A stretch of DNA of 9,049 bases from Octopus sinensis (lineage: Eukaryota), in the NCBI RefSeq assembly GCF_006345805.1, contig NW_021828115.1, positions 1-9,049 on the forward strand. Direction: 5' to 3'. Numbering within the stretch: the first letter of the stretch is position 1; each line of letters opens with the position of its first letter. Below, piece after piece: positions 6,614-9,049 of this stretch. The notes under the pieces were generated by a model. That model did not search any database and was not told the DNA's origin. It saw only the letters and a list, made by a program, of their open reading frames with translations. A program made the translations under genes and the position numbers.

Positions 6614-6658
<45 letters not shown>

Positions 6659-6745
6659 GTGAGAGAGAGAAAGAGAGAGGAAGGGAGAGAGAGGGGGAGA
6701 AAGAGAAGACATACGCACATACACAGTCACACAGGCACACACACA
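6574..6745. repeat. (TA)n + (GA)n + (CA)-rich compound microsatellite
   Basis: Direct reading. Confidence 0.95.
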
Positions 6746-6824
6746 TATGGTTAAATGTATTCTGGCCGTGACCATCACGTATTATTCACGCTCAGTATGT
6801 TATGCACTCCTGAATTTATCGTAT

Positions 6825-6950
6825 TCTTTTTGTTGTTATTGTTGTTGTCGTTGCTGGGTTGTTGGTCGTGGCGGTGTCGGTCCTGGTGTTGCTGTTGTTG
6901 TTGGCGGTGTGGTGGCGGTGTCGGCGGCGTTGATATTGCTGATGTTGTTT
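6825..6950. repeat. (GTT)/(GGT)/(GGC) degenerate trinucleotide repeat
   Basis: Direct reading. Confidence 0.9.
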
Positions 6951-7340
6951 AGCTCCCAGGTCAGCACTGATCGTGCAGAACAATGATCAAATGTATTCCA
7001 TCCATGACCATCGCGTCTTTTTCCGACACACTGGCAATCTAGAACCACATAAACCAACGTGTCCCCTTTTTCAATGATGATGGGAAGGGGGTTAAGTCAA
7101 ACGAAACCCCACTCATTGTCAGAGGTTGGCGGTGATTGTGGCGAGTGGGGTCATGTATGGGAACTGAGAGTGTTGTTTAGCCTATGATTAAAAGCGTTCT
7201 AGTTGTGACTATCCCGACTTATTATTCAGGTGTAAGAAATCCAGTATTACATCATCGAATACATTGCTACTGTTATAATACAGTAGAATGCTACACGAAA
7301 AAGATTTGGCAGCTATTTCTAGCAGGTTGAGCGGTTAACA
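6945..7340 (+). repeat. Old interspersed repeat family F fragments
   Basis: A motif like tgatcaaa.g..ttc.a...gtgac.atc.cg recurs at ~6750-6780, ~6985-7016 and ~7183-7220, and tttctagcaggt occurs at 7316-7327. Confidence 0.45.
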
Positions 7341-7359
7341 GCAGAAGACAGGCATGCTG

Positions 7360-7880
7360 GTTGGTGGTGGCGGTGGTGGTGGTGGTGTGACAAGGTTGCT
7401 ACTAATGGATATCATACCAATGCTCTTGATAATGACGGGTTTTCTCGATAATATTGGCGGCGTTAATAATGATGGGGCGGTTCATAGTGATGATGGTGGT
7501 GATGATGATGGGCTTTCTTGATAATAATGACAGCGTTGATAATGATGAAACTGTTGATAATGATGGAACTGTTGATAATGGTGGTGGTGGTGGTGGTGTT
7601 GATGATAATAGCCGGTGATAATAGTGTTGATGATAATAGTGATAAGGGAGGTTATAGTGGTGGGTTTTGGTGATAATAGTAGCGGTACTGTTGATGATAA
7701 TACGGGTACGGGTGATAATGGTGTTGGTACTAATGATAATATTGGGTGTTGTTAGTGATTGTAATGGTGTTGGTGATGACGGTGGTGACGCTGATAATAG
7801 CGATGACAGTGATTTTGGTGATGACAGTGTTGCTAGGTAAAATGTTGATGGTCGCGTTGCGCTGATGACAATGACGATTA
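7360..7880. repeat. Cryptic trinucleotide simple sequence (GGT/GAT/AAT/GTT)
   Basis: About 520 nt of C-poor mixed triplets whose register shifts several times. Confidence 0.9.
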
Positions 7881-9049
7881 GTCTAAATATGATAATGTTT
7901 CCTTCACCTCCGCTCTATTCACCGTCACTTGAACGATCTTCATCATATTGTCTATAAATAGAAATCAAGTTGTGTCCGTCACGAAGATCTTAAAGACCTC
8001 AATCGCCAAATATCGACCGAGATATAAAATAGGAAACTTGAGGCGGTGGAACTCTTCCTCTTTGTGAACAGTGAAAGCAGAGCAGAACTGACGAGGAGTT
8101 TGCTTTGCTAGGTTCATCGTATCCTGTGAGAGACCAATGTCCTTTGCCCAAAACGAGGGATTTTCTCATTCTCTTGCATCTACCAAAAGCCAGGCACTGA
8201 TGGACATTACACACCCGTCCAAAAAGGATAAATAAACGATCGTCGGTCTCATTAATCTGAAGTCATGTAGAATAAAATATTTACCCCGGAAACACGACGA
8301 AATGTTTGACAGTGTGTTTGGTCTCACGACAAGGGGTCAATCATAATATTATATTCGACTAAACAGTATGTTATTTATTCTGCCAATTTGCTCGTAAGTG
8401 TTGTATGAGAAACGGTTTTTCCATACATTTACTTGTGATGCACCGGACACATTCTCAATAATATTTCCAGGGGTCAGGGCACATTAGGTATTTCGGGTCT
8501 TTCTGCATCAGACACCCTCAATCAAGTGAACCAGCCGAGGTTGCTCATCCCATGTGTCCATTAGTACTATCCATGGTGACACTGTCCTTTCCAAGCCTCT
8601 TGATTCACTGCCACATTCAAACTCCATCTGCTTCCTCTACAGCCACACAAATGACCTTCTGCCTGTTGGCCCCTATAGGGAGATGAACCCTCTAACCCTC
8701 TGCTTCCTACCACGACAGAACTACATTCAACGTAACAGGGATATAGCATGACAGAGAGAACAGTGGGTTCTCAGTGGGTTCTCACACTCGTTTGTCTGCT
8801 GGTGTAGTTTTGAATGCAGTTTGGTGTCTTAAAGGCAAGCATGTGGCTTTCCTCTTGGCCGCCTGCTGGTCACCAGCTCATGCTGCACCCCACCCCTTTT
8901 ACACCACCAACAAAACTTGCTCTTTTATTGACTAGCATCAACCACAACTACTTAACAGGTTTCAGTTCAAACAAAATGTTCTTAGTGGCAATGAACTCAA
9001 CTGCTTACTTTCACTTTAACTAGAAAACAACACTCTTGTGAAAAAGGAA

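Noticed and set aside
2031-6720. Many ORF-track entries rich in IY/CV/HT/SL dipeptides or SINE-derived peptides
   Set aside because: Translations of microsatellites and SINE heads.
6747-7057. Overlapping ORFs, including a T/P/Q-rich 73-aa minus-strand ORF
   Set aside because: Derived from the (GTT/GGT)n tract and family F repeat fragments.
7405-7914. 170-codon stop-free frame on the minus strand, absent from the ORF track
   Set aside because: The translation drifts between S/P/L-, I/T/N- and H/Y-rich registers as the triplet repeat slips phase. The lack of stops follows from the C-poor plus-strand composition, and the only in-frame ATG is near the end.
7983-8235. Stop-interrupted plus-strand frame EDLKDLNRQISTEI* and the 71-aa minus-strand ORF, considered as a decayed LINE RT or an exon
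   Set aside because: No diagnostic motif or convincing splice pair. Only a tBLASTx/BLASTX search could rescue it.
8761-8784. 11-nt tandem duplication cagtgggttct x2
   Set aside because: Ordinary slippage duplication.

Overview
Non-coding, repeat-dense eukaryotic DNA. The SINE-like families and the density of (TA)n/(TG)n/(GA)n tracts match what I recall of Octopus (coleoid cephalopod) genomes; this assignment is from memory, not a search. No credible protein-coding exon was found: the ORF-track entries are microsatellite or repeat translations, or short ORFs with no motif I recognise. The window holds two tRNA-derived SINE-like families (four copies or fragments each) and fragments of a third, old repeat family. 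The main observation is a ~2.5 kb cluster (1928-4482) of type I hammerhead ribozyme (HHR) motifs of four different sequence types, all with (near-)palindromic stem III. One has a canonical CUGAUGA/GAA core (3664-3711, minus). They sit in a 465-nt-period direct repeat and in two fold-back inverted repeats whose arms stop at the predicted cleavage site. This architecture fits non-autonomous Penelope-like elements (PLEs) or retrozymes. All folds were worked out by hand and none was tested computationally.
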